A DNA stretch of 59,440 bases from Roseiarcus sp. (GTDB lineage: Bacteria > Pseudomonadota > Alphaproteobacteria > Rhizobiales > Beijerinckiaceae). Below, one piece after another: positions 9,579-21,688 of the stretch (position 1 is its first letter; every line of letters starts with the position of its first letter). Location of the stretch: positions 1 through 59,440 of the forward strand of contig DASXXT010000098.1 of assembly GCA_036502965.1 (NCBI GenBank). The letters are read 5' to 3'. Below the pieces are notes generated by a model. It saw only the letters and a list, made by a program, of their open reading frames with translations. It searched no databases and had not been told where the DNA came from. The position numbers and the translations under genes are program-made.

Positions 9579-10523
9579 CTATCTCTTGATTGTGCCGAAC
9601 GTGACGCCGCGCAAGAGCTGGTTCTGCAGCGCGAAGGTCACGATGATCACCGGGATTAAGAACAGCGTTTCGATAGCGGCCAGAAGGCCCCAGCGCACGC
9701 CGATGTCGCCTCCGATCGTCTGCGACATGGCGACCGGAACGGTCCGCGTCTCGACGCCCGACAAGAGAAGGGCGAACAAAAACTCGTTCCAAGTGAGAAT
9801 GAGGCCAAACACGGCAGTGGCGGCGAGGCCTGCCCACACTTGCGGGAGGCAGATCTTGAAGAAAACCCGGACGTCGGACGAACCATCAATGCGAGCCGCG
9901 TCCTCAACGTCGGGAGAGAGTTCGTCGAAGAAGCTCTTCATCATCCAGATCGCGAACGGCAGGTTGAACACAGTGTAGAGAGCGATGATGCCCGCATACG
10001 TGCCAGCGAGACCCGTGACTCGGAACATGATGAAAATCGGGATGATAACGACGATCCCGGGCAGCATGCGCGTCGTCAGAATCATGAACAGATAGGTGTC
10101 ATTGCCTTTGAGCGGATAACGCGAGAAGCCGAATGCGGCCAAAGTGCCGATCGCGAGCGCGAGAAGCACGCTCACTCCGGAAATGAACAAGGAATTGAAG
10201 AAATAGAGTGTGAACCCGGTATTGACCGCGGGTCCGCCAGCCGAATAGGCGCGGCTGAACACCTGGGCAAAATTCTCGAGCGTCGGTGTGAAGAAGAACT
10301 TCGCTGGAACGGCGAGCGCGTCTTCGTAGGTTTTAAAGGCCGTCAGGATGATCCAGAAGACGGGGAAGAAGTAGATCAAGCTCACGATGGCGGCGCCGAT
10401 GGTCCGGCCCCAGCCAGCTTCGCCAACGCCCGAAACCGATCCGCCAAGGCGAATCCGACGAGCGAGCGGCGTGCGCGCTGCGCGAGCGGAACCAGCGGGA
10501 GCGTTCACCGTCATGTCGGTCAT
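9579..10523 (-). CDS. Carbohydrate ABC permease (MalG-like)
   Basis: EDAARIDG (EAA loop), WNEFLFA; true start MTDMTV overlaps the previous gene. Confidence 0.88.
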   Translation of the reverse strand: MTDMTVNAPAGSARAARTPLARRIRLGGSVSGVGEAGWGRTIGAAIVSLIYFFPVFWIILTAFKTYEDALAVPAKFFFTPTLENFAQVFSRAYSAGGPAVNTGFTLYFFNSLFISGVSVLLALAIGTLAAFGFSRYPLKGNDTYLFMILTTRMLPGIVVIIPIFIMFRVTGLAGTYAGIIALYTVFNLPFAIWMMKSFFDELSPDVEDAARIDGSSDVRVFFKICLPQVWAGLAATAVFGLILTWNEFLFALLLSGVETRTVPVAMSQTIGGDIGVRWGLLAAIETLFLIPVIIVTFALQNQLLRGVTFGTIKR

Positions 10524-11596
10524 GAAGCGGGAGCCTCCCTTGCGCGCTCGTTGGCGAAATAGAGATAAAGGTTGGTGAGCACGATGACGGTGAAGAGCAG
10601 GATGTAAGCGAGCGCGGTCGACTCGCTCGTCTTGTTGTTCTCGAAGGCGATGCGGTAGACGCGGAGCGCGATCGTCTCGGTCGCGGTACCCGGTCCGCCA
10701 TTCGTCAACAGGAAGACGAGGTCGAATAGCTTGAAGGCTTCGATGGTCCGGAATAGCAGCGCCAGCAGCATCAGGCCGCGAATGTAGGGAAATGTGATCG
10801 ACCAGAACTGTCGCCAGCCCGAGACGCGGTCGATCGCGGCAGCCTCGTAAAGGTATTTCGGAACGCTGACGAGCCCGGCGAGCACCAGCAGCATGACGAA
10901 CGGCGACCACATCCACGCGTCGGCGAACACAATGCCGATGCGCGAGCCCCAGACGCTGTTCATCAGGATGAAGGGCTGACCGGTGAAGACCCGCACCGCT
11001 TGCGACAGGAGCCCGAAGGTCGGGTCGTAATAGTAACGAAAGAAGGCGCCGACCGCCACGAACGACAGCATCATCGGCGTCAGCACGAGGATGAGCAGGT
11101 ACCGGCGCAACGGGAATTGCTTCGAGAATAAGAGGGCGAGGAGGAAGCCGACCACCATCTGCAAAGACACGGTCATGATGACGAGGGTGATCGTGTTGTG
11201 CAGCCGATCCCAGACGTCGGGATCGCTGAGGACCTTGGCGTAATTGTCGAGCCCGACCCAAGTCGGCGCCCGGGCTCGGTTGGCTTTGTAGCTGAAAAAG
11301 GATAGCCCGAACGACCACACAAGCGGAAAGACGTTCATCAGAAAGAGGAGCGCGAGCGCCGGCGTCACCAGCAGGCCGCCGATGTATTTCCCCCAGGCGT
11401 TTGCGATCAGCGTCACGGCGAAAAGGGCGGCGAGCGCGGACGAAGCCCAGAAGGAAACTTGCGGCGGCAGGGATGCAATCGCCAGCGCCATGCCGGCCAC
11501 GAAAACGATCAGCGCGCCCTGCCAATTGTCCCAACGCGGCGCGATCACACGTTGGAAGAATGGAACAGTTTGAGGAACGTCAGTTGTCGTGGTCAT
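10520..11596 (-). CDS. Carbohydrate ABC permease (MalF-like)
   Basis: VGLDNY, LYEAAAIDRV, LTNGGPG; start taken at MTTTTD. Confidence 0.88.
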   Translation of the reverse strand: MTTTTDVPQTVPFFQRVIAPRWDNWQGALIVFVAGMALAIASLPPQVSFWASSALAALFAVTLIANAWGKYIGGLLVTPALALLFLMNVFPLVWSFGLSFFSYKANRARAPTWVGLDNYAKVLSDPDVWDRLHNTITLVIMTVSLQMVVGFLLALLFSKQFPLRRYLLILVLTPMMLSFVAVGAFFRYYYDPTFGLLSQAVRVFTGQPFILMNSVWGSRIGIVFADAWMWSPFVMLLVLAGLVSVPKYLYEAAAIDRVSGWRQFWSITFPYIRGLMLLALLFRTIEAFKLFDLVFLLTNGGPGTATETIALRVYRIAFENNKTSESTALAYILLFTVIVLTNLYLYFANERAREAPAS

Positions 11597-11712
11597 TGGC
11601 TCGTCAGATCGAAGCGGCGCTGGTTTCGGATACGGACAGTCGACCACAACTTTCTCATGGCCAGTCGGCGCGCCACGCGGGGCGGCGCGCCGTTTCTGAA
11701 GCGCTTTGCGTC

Positions 11713-13140
11713 CTACTTGATGCGGCCAGCTTCCTTCAGCGTCTTCTCCTCGAAGTTGGCGATGTTATCGAGCGTCGTCTTAGCGTCCTGCTGACCGGTG
11801 ATGGCCTTGGTGTATTCTTCCTGCTGCTCGGTCAGGAGCTCAAAGAACTCAGGGATGTGCCAGAAGTCCTTCTGCCAATCGAGGCTCTCCGCCCAGGTGC
11901 GGTTCCAGGGACGGAACGTGAGATAGCTCGGATCGCTATAGACAGACTTCAGGGCGCTCTGACCACCAGCTTTTGCGTAAGCGATCTGCGTATCCTTCGA
12001 CAGCCACCACTTGACGAAGTCCAGCGCCTCCTTGTTCTGGATATCCGAGTTCCAGGTCATCAGCACGAACGGCTGTCCACCGATCACCGACCAGCGCACG
12101 ACGCCCTTGTCGGTCTTGAGGCCCGGCAGCTGTGAGAAGGCGATCTTGTCGGCAACCTTCGACGTCGCCGGAGTGATCGAGCTTTCCGCGAAGCCGATCC
12201 ATTCCAGATTGCTCGCCACTTTACCCGCCCGGAAGAGTTCATCCGTCTTGAAGATGTCAAGGTTGCCAGTCGTCCCTTCTGGCGGGAAGTACTTCACGAG
12301 CGAGAGGAGGTGCTCGAAGGACTTAACCGCTGCGTCCGAGTTTACGACGCCGGCCGCATGAGCGTTGGGCTGCTTGGTCTCGTCCCAAATGTCGCCGCCG
12401 TGCTGCCAGAGGAACTCATAGGCGGAAGTTGTGAAGAAGTCGTAGCCTTTGCCGACTTGGAACTCGATACCGTAGAAGTCATCGTCGAGCGGCTTGTTCA
12501 TCAGCAACTCGCCCTTCTTGCGCTTGAAGAACTCGCCAATATCCTTGTAATTGTCCCACGTGATCTGGTCCATTTCTTCGGGAGTACAAGGCAGTTTATA
12601 GTTGTACTTAGCCTTGAAGTTTTTCTGCTCGGTGCCGTCACAAAAAACGTCCTTTCGGAAGTAATTGACGACAAGATCCGGCATCTGCGGGAACCCGTAC
12701 AGCTTGTCGGACTTGTACGGGTACGTCGAATAGGAGTCCTTGACCGCCGGATGCAGGTCCTTGAACACGGCCTGCAGGTCGGGGTCGGCGTCCACGTATT
12801 TGTTGATGTTGAGGTAGTAGCCGCCCTCGATGAAAGCGCCAAGCCACTGGCTGTCGGAGACCGCCATATTGTATTTCTTTTCGCCTGACGTCAGCGAGGC
12901 GTTGAGGCGGGTGTAGTAGTCCGGCCACGGGATGAAGTCGACGTCGAGCGTCACCTTGTTGCCGGACTTCGGCTTGTAGGTCTTGTCGAACAGATCCTTC
13001 ATGATGTGGGTCGGCGGCCAATCAGGGACCGCCATTTTCAGAGTCACGTCCTCAGCGGACGCAGGCCCGCTCGCAAGGCCTGCGGCGAGCATTAGCGACG
13101 CCGCCGCGAGGCCAGACGCCATCATTGCTTTCATCTTCAT
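11713..13140 (-). CDS. Sugar ABC substrate-binding protein (SBP_bac_1/8)
   Basis: Signal peptide, DSQWLGAF, GGQPF and EALDFVKWW; embedded in the CUT1 operon. Confidence 0.88.
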   Translation of the reverse strand: MKMKAMMASGLAAASLMLAAGLASGPASAEDVTLKMAVPDWPPTHIMKDLFDKTYKPKSGNKVTLDVDFIPWPDYYTRLNASLTSGEKKYNMAVSDSQWLGAFIEGGYYLNINKYVDADPDLQAVFKDLHPAVKDSYSTYPYKSDKLYGFPQMPDLVVNYFRKDVFCDGTEQKNFKAKYNYKLPCTPEEMDQITWDNYKDIGEFFKRKKGELLMNKPLDDDFYGIEFQVGKGYDFFTTSAYEFLWQHGGDIWDETKQPNAHAAGVVNSDAAVKSFEHLLSLVKYFPPEGTTGNLDIFKTDELFRAGKVASNLEWIGFAESSITPATSKVADKIAFSQLPGLKTDKGVVRWSVIGGQPFVLMTWNSDIQNKEALDFVKWWLSKDTQIAYAKAGGQSALKSVYSDPSYLTFRPWNRTWAESLDWQKDFWHIPEFFELLTEQQEEYTKAITGQQDAKTTLDNIANFEEKTLKEAGRIK

Positions 13141-13177
13141 GCTTCGTTCCTCCCTTGGCGCCCATATTTTTGCGCCA

Positions 13178-14275
13178 CTATCTTCGGCTTATGGCCGAAC
13201 CGTTATGACCTCTGAATAGATAGATCTTCGCCGGGTCAATGATAATCGGAAGCTGATCGCCTTCCTTGATGTTCGCAGCCTGCGCCTCCGGCAGGACCAT
13301 TCGGAACGGTTGGCTGTTCGAAATCAGCGATACGACGGTGACGTCTCCGAGCGGCTCGAGCTGCTGAACGGTTGGTTCGCTCGAAGCGGGGGCGCGATTC
13401 GCAAGCCGCACGTCAGAGGGCCGCACGCCAAGCGCCAATGACTCACCGGCGTCCATCGGTTCGGCGAAGCGTGAGGGTTTCAGCGGGCCGAACGGCGTCT
13501 CGAGACTCGCGCCGTCGCTAGCGACCTTCACGTCGAAAATGTTCATGTGCGGTGACCCGATCTTGCTAGCGACATAGCGGTCGACTGGCCTTTCGTAGAG
13601 ATCGTCCGGTGAGCCCTGCTGAACGGCCTGGCCGTCACGCAAAACAGCGATCTCCTCGCCCATCGAGAGTGCCTCGAGTTCGTCCGGAGTCGCGTAGACG
13701 ACGGTCATGCCGAACTGCCGATGCAGCCGCTTTAGCTCGGCGCGCATATCGTACCTGAGCTTGGCGTCGAGGTTTGTAAGCGGTTCGTCCAGAAGCAGGA
13801 GCTTCGGTCTGCGGATGAGCGAACGGCCGAGCGCAACGCGCTGCTGCTCGCCTCCCGACAGTGTCGCCGGCTTCTGCTGAAGCCGATGCGAAAGCTTCAG
13901 CATTTCGGCGGTTTCGCCGACGCGCCGCGCGATCTCCGCGTAAGGAAGACCGTCTTCCACCAAGGGATAAGCCAGATTCTTGAAGACGTCGAGGTGGGGA
14001 TAGAGGGCGAAAGACTGAAACACCATCGACACCCCGCGGCCTCGGATGGGTGCGTTCGTCACATCCCGGCCGCCAATATGAATAGTTCCGCTGTCGAGTG
14101 GCACGAGGCCCGAGATGGCCCTTAGGGTCGTGGTCTTGCCGACCGAACTCGGGCCGAACAATACGAAAAAGCAGCCCTCGGGAACCTCCAGGCTCAAGCG
14201 GTCAAGGGCTCGGACCGAGCCATAGGTCTTGGTCAAGTCCGACAAAGACAATCCGACCGCTCTTGTCGTAGCCAT
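13178..14275 (-). CDS. Second CUT1 sugar ABC ATPase (degenerate Walker A and H-switch)
   Basis: GPSSVGKT, LSGGEQQR, LLLDEP and YATPD. Confidence 0.9.
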   Translation of the reverse strand: MATTRAVGLSLSDLTKTYGSVRALDRLSLEVPEGCFFVLFGPSSVGKTTTLRAISGLVPLDSGTIHIGGRDVTNAPIRGRGVSMVFQSFALYPHLDVFKNLAYPLVEDGLPYAEIARRVGETAEMLKLSHRLQQKPATLSGGEQQRVALGRSLIRRPKLLLLDEPLTNLDAKLRYDMRAELKRLHRQFGMTVVYATPDELEALSMGEEIAVLRDGQAVQQGSPDDLYERPVDRYVASKIGSPHMNIFDVKVASDGASLETPFGPLKPSRFAEPMDAGESLALGVRPSDVRLANRAPASSEPTVQQLEPLGDVTVVSLISNSQPFRMVLPEAQAANIKEGDQLPIIIDPAKIYLFRGHNGSAISRR

Positions 14276-14318
14276 ACCCCTCCCTCGCCTTCCGATGTCA
14301 GTCACTTGAACTTTGCGT

Positions 14319-15485
14319 CTACCCGCTCGCAACGCGACTGTGTGACGGTTGCTCCCACTGACCCGAAGTAGCCGAGCGTAGTACGGCGCCAGTCACCTGA
14401 TCAGTGGCGAAGCCGTCGCGGAATGTTGGCGCAGCTGGCTTCCCGGATTCAAGGCTATCGATGAAATCGGCTGCCTGATGAATGAAGCTGTGCTCGTAGC
14501 CAATCTGCAGCCCCGGCACCCACCAGTGCTTCATATACGGGTGGTCACTGTCCGTGATGTGGAGCGACCGCCAGCCGCGCACGATTCCCTCATCGCGATG
14601 GTCGAAGTACTGCAGACGATGAAGGTCGTGGAGGTCCCAAAAGATCGAGGCGTGTTCGCCATTGATTTCGAACGTATAGAGCGCCTTGTGGCCGCGAGCG
14701 TAGCGAGTCGCTTCGAAAGACGCGAGCGAGCCATTAGCGAAGCGCGCAAGGAAGAGGCAGGCGTCGTCGATACTGACCGGCTCGACCTTGCCCGTAAGGT
14801 TGTGACTTCTTTCCTTGACGAAGGTCTCTGTGACCGCTGTGACCTTGTCGATGCTTCCATTCAGCCACATGGCCGTATCGATGCAGTGCGCAAGCAGATC
14901 GCCGGTGACCCCGCTGCCTGCAACGCTTGCATCGAGCCGCCAAAGCGCCGCTCCGCCCTGCGGCAGGTCCTTGGAGATTGTCCAGTCCTGCAGGAATTTC
15001 GCCCGGTAATGATAGATCTTACCAAGCCTTCCTTCGTCGATGAGGTGTTTGGCCAGCGTCACAGCCGGCACACGGCGATAGTTGTACCACACCATGTTCG
15101 GGACGTTGGCCTTCTCGACCGCGGCGACCATTTTTGCCGCTTCAGCTTCATTCCGACCGAGAGGCTTCTCGCACATGACCACTTTGCCCGCCCCGGCGGC
15201 GGCCACCGCGATCTCGGCGTGCGTGTCATTGGGAGAGGCAATGTCAATCAGGTCGATGTCCTTTCTCGAGACGAGCTTTCGCCAGTCGGTCTCAGAGGAC
15301 TCGTAGTTCCAGTTTTTGGCGAAGGCTTGCACCTTCTGCTCATCCCGGCCACAGACCGCCTTGAGTACGGGCTCGCGATTCAGATCAAAAAACTGGTTCA
15401 CCTTCCCGAATGCATTCGAATGAGCGCGGCCCATGAATCCGTACCCAATGACGCCAACATTAAGCTTCTTCTTTTCCCCAGCCAT
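14319..15485 (-). CDS. Gfo/Idh/MocA NAD-dependent sugar dehydrogenase (levoglucosan-dehydrogenase-like)
   Basis: [33 protein letters not shown] and GDLLAH. Confidence 0.88.
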   Translation of the reverse strand: MAGEKKKLNVGVIGYGFMGRAHSNAFGKVNQFFDLNREPVLKAVCGRDEQKVQAFAKNWNYESSETDWRKLVSRKDIDLIDIASPNDTHAEIAVAAAGAGKVVMCEKPLGRNEAEAAKMVAAVEKANVPNMVWYNYRRVPAVTLAKHLIDEGRLGKIYHYRAKFLQDWTISKDLPQGGAALWRLDASVAGSGVTGDLLAHCIDTAMWLNGSIDKVTAVTETFVKERSHNLTGKVEPVSIDDACLFLARFANGSLASFEATRYARGHKALYTFEINGEHASIFWDLHDLHRLQYFDHRDEGIVRGWRSLHITDSDHPYMKHWWVPGLQIGYEHSFIHQAADFIDSLESGKPAAPTFRDGFATDQVTGAVLRSATSGQWEQPSHSRVASG

Positions 15486-15505
15486 GCCACGCTTGTCCTC
15501 TTTGG

Positions 15506-16552
<1,047 letters not shown>

Positions 16553-16962
16553 GCGTCCTCCCCATTTGCGGCTTCGGGCCAAGTCCGAGAGACTAGAGCC
16601 GACTTGTTTGCCAGCCGCCCGAGCTTCTCGCCCTTTATACTGGTATGGCCAGTAGGCGAAATAAGCAAGGCTTGGCGAAGAGTTTCCCTGGGCGATGCTC
16701 GCCGGATAACGGATGCGAGCTGCGACCAATTTCCCCTCGCTCACGGCGGGCAGTTGGGTACCTCGAAGCGGCAGATTCCAGCGTAAGTGAAGTGACCTGG
16801 AAAATTGCTCTCACATTGCCCTTGAGCGGCTCGAAAACGGACCAAAACCGCGCAAGTCGTTGAACGGACAGCTCTCGACGCCACACCGTACTGCTATCGG
16901 AGTGATCGTCTCACAGGATGCTCGCGCCGGAGAGCGACCCCTCCGACGCGTTGACATGACCC

Positions 16963-18096
16963 CTACTTTCCGCCCCAGGCCTGCGGATAGCCCGGCAGGT
17001 CCTTGCAGCCGCACATGGCGTAGTGCAGCGGCGGCATCTTGTCGTCGACGTACTTGTCGAGGTCGGCCTGCATGATGACGGGCTGCGGAAGCTTCCAGGT
17101 CGGCCCGATCACCGGCTCGCCCTTCAGGATCGCGACCGCCGCGATGACCGGCGAACGCCACTGATAGGTCGGATAGGTCGGCGCCATCGCAGTCAGGCCC
17201 TTCTCCTTCCACTTCTTGAGGAAATCCTCCTGGTCCTCGCCGGTGATGATCGGATAAGGCTTGCCGGCGTCCTCGAATGCTTCAAGCGCCGCCACCGCGG
17301 TAGCGCCCGCATCCATCCAGATCGCGTCGATATTGCCGAAGCGATTGAGATAGTCGTCGACGATCGCCTTCGTCTTAGCGTTGTCGCCGCCGGTGAATTG
17401 AGCACCGACGACGGTGACGCCGTTCTCCTTGAAGATGCGGTTGGCCGCCGACCAACGCGTCTCGAGGACGTCGACGCCGGGAAGAATACGCAACGCCAGC
17501 ACCTTGCCGCCCTTCGGCATCTTCGAGACGATGAAATCCGCCGTCTGGATGCCCCACCCATAGCCGCCGACCGGATTGACGAAGGTCACCGGGCATTGCG
17601 TCAGCACGCCGCGATCAAACACGATCACCGGCAGCTTCTGACACGCCGCCTCGACCGCTGGCGTGAGCGCCGCCGTCGTGTTGGGCGAGACGATCAGGAT
17701 GTCGCAATTGCCGCTCGAGACGAAGGCGTTAATGTCGGAGATCTGCTTGTCGTCCTTGCCCTGGGCGTCGGCGACGGTGAACGACTTGATGTCGGGTTTC
17801 AGCGCCTCGACCTGGGCCTGCATATTGATCCACCCGACCACGCGCCACGGATTGTCGACGCCTGCGTTAGAGAAGCAAAGGCGATAGGGGCCAGGCTTCT
17901 TGTATTTGGAGGTGTCGACCGTCTTGCCACCGAGATTCTGCTCCCACGGCTTGCCGGCGGGACCCTGTGGCGACATCGCGAGCAGATCCTTCGCGGCCTG
18001 GAACTCCTTCGGATCGTCGAAATTCTGCGCCAGCGCGCCGCTGGCGAAAGCCGCCATCGCCGCGCCGATGGCCAATCGAACCATTGCCTTGGACAT
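16963..18096 (-). CDS. CUT2 sugar ABC substrate-binding protein (RbsB-like)
   Basis: Signal peptide, FSNAGVDNPWR, KQISDI and PVIVFDR. Confidence 0.88.
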   Translation of the reverse strand: MSKAMVRLAIGAAMAAFASGALAQNFDDPKEFQAAKDLLAMSPQGPAGKPWEQNLGGKTVDTSKYKKPGPYRLCFSNAGVDNPWRVVGWINMQAQVEALKPDIKSFTVADAQGKDDKQISDINAFVSSGNCDILIVSPNTTAALTPAVEAACQKLPVIVFDRGVLTQCPVTFVNPVGGYGWGIQTADFIVSKMPKGGKVLALRILPGVDVLETRWSAANRIFKENGVTVVGAQFTGGDNAKTKAIVDDYLNRFGNIDAIWMDAGATAVAALEAFEDAGKPYPIITGEDQEDFLKKWKEKGLTAMAPTYPTYQWRSPVIAAVAILKGEPVIGPTWKLPQPVIMQADLDKYVDDKMPPLHYAMCGCKDLPGYPQAWGGK

Positions 18097-18164
18097 TTTC
18101 CTCTTTCCTTCCACTTTCTACTTTGTGCCGATGCTCGGCGTTGCGCGAAGCCTATTTCGCTCCG

Positions 18165-19154
18165 CTAGACCGCGCGCCGCCGGCGCCAAGCGCCGATTGC
18201 GACCGCGGCGATCAGAATTAACCCTTGCGCCGTCTCCTTCAACGGCTGCGGCAAGCCAAGCAGCGTCAGCAGCGTGAACAGCGCGGTCAGCGTCAGCGCG
18301 CCGGCGACCGCGCCGACCAGCGTGCCCCGCCCGCCCATCAGTTGCACGCCGCCTACCACGCAGGCGGCGATCGCTTGCAGTTCGAGGCCGAGCCCCACGT
18401 CGACCGACACGCCGCCGAATCCGCCGAGCAAGACGCCGGCGGTGACCGCCGACAGCGCCGAAATGATGAAGACGCCGAGGCGCACGAATTCGACCTTAAC
18501 GCCCGCAAGCTCCGCCGCGCGGGGATTGTCGCCGACCGCGAGCACTCGCCGCCCGAACACGGTTCCGTGCAGGCCCCATTGCGCGAGCGCGCACACGACG
18601 ACAAGCACGGCGACCGCGATCGGGAAGATCTTGATGATCGGCACGTCATGGAAGACGAAACGGCCGAACATACGAAAATTGTCGGGCAGATAACCGCGCG
18701 GAGAGCCGCCAGACCACATCATCGCAACGCCGCTGACCGAGAGCAGCGTGCCGAGCGTGGCTATGATCGACGGAGTCCTGAGATAAGCGACGACCGCTCC
18801 GTTGATGAGCCCAACCAGCACGCCGACACCGTAGAGCGCCCCGATCGCCCACCAGGTCCTGGAGGGATCGTTGGCGGTCAGCATCGACGCCCCGATCACC
18901 GTCAGCGTCACGAGCGAGCCCACCGAGAGATCGAAGCCGCCGCTCACAAGCACGAAAAGCTGGCCAGAGGCGAGGATCGCCAGCGGCGCCGCGCGACGAA
19001 GGAAGTTCATCGCGCCGGCCGGCTCGAGATAGGTCGGCTGCAGGAGTCCGATCGCGACGTAGAGCGCGAGGAACACGACGACTGCGAGATTCACGCGTCG
19101 CACCAAGGCGACCGCGCGAGCCCGTTCGCCGCTCCGAGGAAGCGCAACAGTCAC
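18165..19154 (-). CDS. CUT2 ABC permease (RbsC-like)
   Basis: GGFDLSVGS, AVGDNPRAAELAG and ELQAIAACVVGG. Confidence 0.9.
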   Translation of the reverse strand: MTVALPRSGERARAVALVRRVNLAVVVFLALYVAIGLLQPTYLEPAGAMNFLRRAAPLAILASGQLFVLVSGGFDLSVGSLVTLTVIGASMLTANDPSRTWWAIGALYGVGVLVGLINGAVVAYLRTPSIIATLGTLLSVSGVAMMWSGGSPRGYLPDNFRMFGRFVFHDVPIIKIFPIAVAVLVVVCALAQWGLHGTVFGRRVLAVGDNPRAAELAGVKVEFVRLGVFIISALSAVTAGVLLGGFGGVSVDVGLGLELQAIAACVVGGVQLMGGRGTLVGAVAGALTLTALFTLLTLLGLPQPLKETAQGLILIAAVAIGAWRRRRAV

Positions 19155-20134
19155 CCGACATGCCCTCGGCTGCGGAAGGTATAGGCCGCGACGGCGAGAA
19201 TGACGATCGCGCCGCGAAGTACAAGCTTCGGATAGGCGGAAACGCCGAGCATATTAAAGGTGGCGTCCAGCGTGGCGAACAGTAGGACGCCGGCAAGCGT
19301 CCCCCAGACGCCCCCGCGTCCGCCCGCGAGCAGCGTGCCGCCGATCACCACGACCGCGATCGATTCGAGATCGTAGACGCCGTCGCGTCCGACCCAGGGG
19401 GCGCCGGACCGCAGGCGGCTCGCGAGATAGAGGCCGGTGAGGCCGGCCCCGACGCTGCAGACAACGTGCGCTCCAATAGTGACGACGTCGGTTCTGATAC
19501 CGGCAAGCCGTGCGCCCTCGGCGTTGCCGCCGACTGCGTAGAGATGCGCGCCGAAGCGCGTCGCCCAGAGAATGAACGACGCGATCGCCGCGAGGACGAA
19601 CAGGGCCGCAACCGAATAGGGCACGACGCCGAACGCGCTATAAGCGACAAGCTGGAACTCGGGCGGCACCGATCCGGCGAAATTGGTGAAGCTCGCCGAC
19701 AGGAGGCCCTGCAGGATGAGTCCGACGCCAAGCGTCGCAATGAACGGATTGACCCGCAGGCGCGAGATGATTGCGCCGTTGATCGCGCCGACGAGCGCCG
19801 AGACTGCGAGGACGATGAGCACCGCCGCGACCATCATCTCTGCCCGGCCCTGCATGATGTAGGAGGCGAGGACTGCGGCGACGCTGATCATATTGGCGAC
19901 GGAAAGATCAATCGATCCGGCGATGATGGCGAAGGTCTGGCCAAGCGCCACGATCCCGAGCGCAACCATGCGCTGAAGGAGGCCAACGACGCCCGACGGC
20001 TCCAGCATCTTGGTCTGTCCGGTCCAGACCGCCACGCCGACGTAGAGGACGACCGAACCGACAAGCAGCAGCGGCGGCGCCGAGAGAGAGCGGCGCCAGG
20101 CTGTTGCGGGAGCGAGTGCCTGCGCGTCGCTCAT
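19151..20134 (-). CDS. CUT2 ABC permease (RbsC-like)
   Basis: GSIDLSV, YAVGGNAEGARLAG and DLESIAVVVIGG. Confidence 0.9.
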   Translation of the reverse strand: MSDAQALAPATAWRRSLSAPPLLLVGSVVLYVGVAVWTGQTKMLEPSGVVGLLQRMVALGIVALGQTFAIIAGSIDLSVANMISVAAVLASYIMQGRAEMMVAAVLIVLAVSALVGAINGAIISRLRVNPFIATLGVGLILQGLLSASFTNFAGSVPPEFQLVAYSAFGVVPYSVAALFVLAAIASFILWATRFGAHLYAVGGNAEGARLAGIRTDVVTIGAHVVCSVGAGLTGLYLASRLRSGAPWVGRDGVYDLESIAVVVIGGTLLAGGRGGVWGTLAGVLLFATLDATFNMLGVSAYPKLVLRGAIVILAVAAYTFRSRGHVG

Positions 20135-21648
20135 GAAGCGAAGTCTTGCGGTTCACGCTCGTGTGCAACAGCGATCGCCATCACCTCTTCCTCGGTGGCG
20201 CCGCCGGGCAACTCGCCGACCAACGCGCCCTCACGCATGACGAGGATCCGGTCGCTGACCCCTATGATCTCCGGAAGATCCGACGAGATCATCAGGATCG
20301 CGCGCCCATTTTTTGCGAGCGCGCGCATGATTCTGTAGATCGCCGCCTTGGCCGCGACGTCGACGCCGCGGGTTGGTTCGCTGAATATGAGGACCTCGGG
20401 GTCGCGCGCGAGCCAGCGGGCGATGATCACCTTCTGCTGATTGCCGCCGGACAGGAACTGCACCTCCTGGTCGAAGCTCGCGGCTCTCACGTCGAGCTGC
20501 GCAAGCCGTTCGTCCGTCGATTGGGGGGACATCGGCTCGGAGGTCGGCGAGCGCAGAGGAGATGCGAAAGCTCGCTCGGTGAGGGTCGCGTTGTCGCGCA
20601 CCGATTGCTGCATCAAGAGACCCTCGCGCTTGCGGTCGTCGGAGAGGCGGCCGATGCCGGCCTCGATCGCGGCGCGCGAGCTGCGCAACATCCGCACCCG
20701 GCCGGCGATCTCCATCACGCCGCTCTCAAACGGCTCATCGCCACATAGCGCCTGCGCCAGCGCGCTTTTGCCGGAGCCTTCGAGGCCGGCGACGCCAACG
20801 ATTTCGCCGGCCCGGACCTCGAAACTGATGTTGCGCAGGCGGCGGTTTCGGCCGTCGCGGACCGCAAGCGCCTGCGGTCCCAACGGTTGCGTCGAGCGCG
20901 GCGGGTAGAAGTCGGACAGGTCGCGACCGACCATCGCGCGCACAAGGCGGCTGGTCGGCGTCTCCGCAAGCGACGCGGTGAGCACCGTGCGCCCGTCCTT
21001 CAGCACGGTGACGCGATCGGCGACCGCCTGGATCTCGGGCATTCGATGAGAGATATAGACGATCGAGACGCGTTCGGCGCTGAGCCTCCGCACGAGATCA
21101 AGAAGACGAGCCGCGTCATCCCGGTCAAGCGCAGCGGTCGGTTCATCCATGACGAGGATGCGGGCGTGGATCGCCAACGCCTTGGCGATTTCGACGATCT
21201 GCTGCTGGGCGATGTGGAGATCCCCGGCGAGCGAATCGGGCGCGACCGACGACCCGAGCCGCCTCAGGAGGCGGCTCGCCTCTACGCGCATCTTGCGCCG
21301 GTCAAGGATGCCGCAGCGCGTGGGTTCGACGCCAAGAAAGATGTTTTCCGCAACCGACCGATGCGGCAGCAGGCTCAGCTCCTGGTGGATGATGCTGATG
21401 CCGGCGCGCCGCGCTGCGACGGGGTGCGAAAACGCAACCTCGCGCCCGTCCAGCCGGATGGTCCCGCCGTCCGGGCGGTAGACGCCGCCTAAGATCTTGA
21501 TGAGCGTCGATTTGCCCGCGCCGTTTTCGCCGCAAAGCGCATGGACTTCCCCGGGCGCGCAGTCGAAGCTGACGTCGTCGAGCGCCTGCACGCCGGGAAA
21601 CGTCTTCACGATGTTGAGCATTTCGAGAGCGGACGCCTGCTCCACCAC
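20131..21648 (-). CDS. CUT2 sugar ABC ATPase (RbsA-like, two NBDs)
   Basis: GENGAGKST, MDEPTAAL and LSGGNQQK. Confidence 0.92.
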   Translation of the reverse strand: MVEQASALEMLNIVKTFPGVQALDDVSFDCAPGEVHALCGENGAGKSTLIKILGGVYRPDGGTIRLDGREVAFSHPVAARRAGISIIHQELSLLPHRSVAENIFLGVEPTRCGILDRRKMRVEASRLLRRLGSSVAPDSLAGDLHIAQQQIVEIAKALAIHARILVMDEPTAALDRDDAARLLDLVRRLSAERVSIVYISHRMPEIQAVADRVTVLKDGRTVLTASLAETPTSRLVRAMVGRDLSDFYPPRSTQPLGPQALAVRDGRNRRLRNISFEVRAGEIVGVAGLEGSGKSALAQALCGDEPFESGVMEIAGRVRMLRSSRAAIEAGIGRLSDDRKREGLLMQQSVRDNATLTERAFASPLRSPTSEPMSPQSTDERLAQLDVRAASFDQEVQFLSGGNQQKVIIARWLARDPEVLIFSEPTRGVDVAAKAAIYRIMRALAKNGRAILMISSDLPEIIGVSDRILVMREGALVGELPGGATEEEVMAIAVAHEREPQDFAS

Positions 21649-21688
21649 TCTCTCAACTCCCTGCGCGAGCGCCCTCGATTCCGCGGCC

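Noticed and set aside
9579-11534. 651-aa permease
   Set aside because: The N-terminal half is an alternate frame of the neighbouring permease; the real start is 10523.
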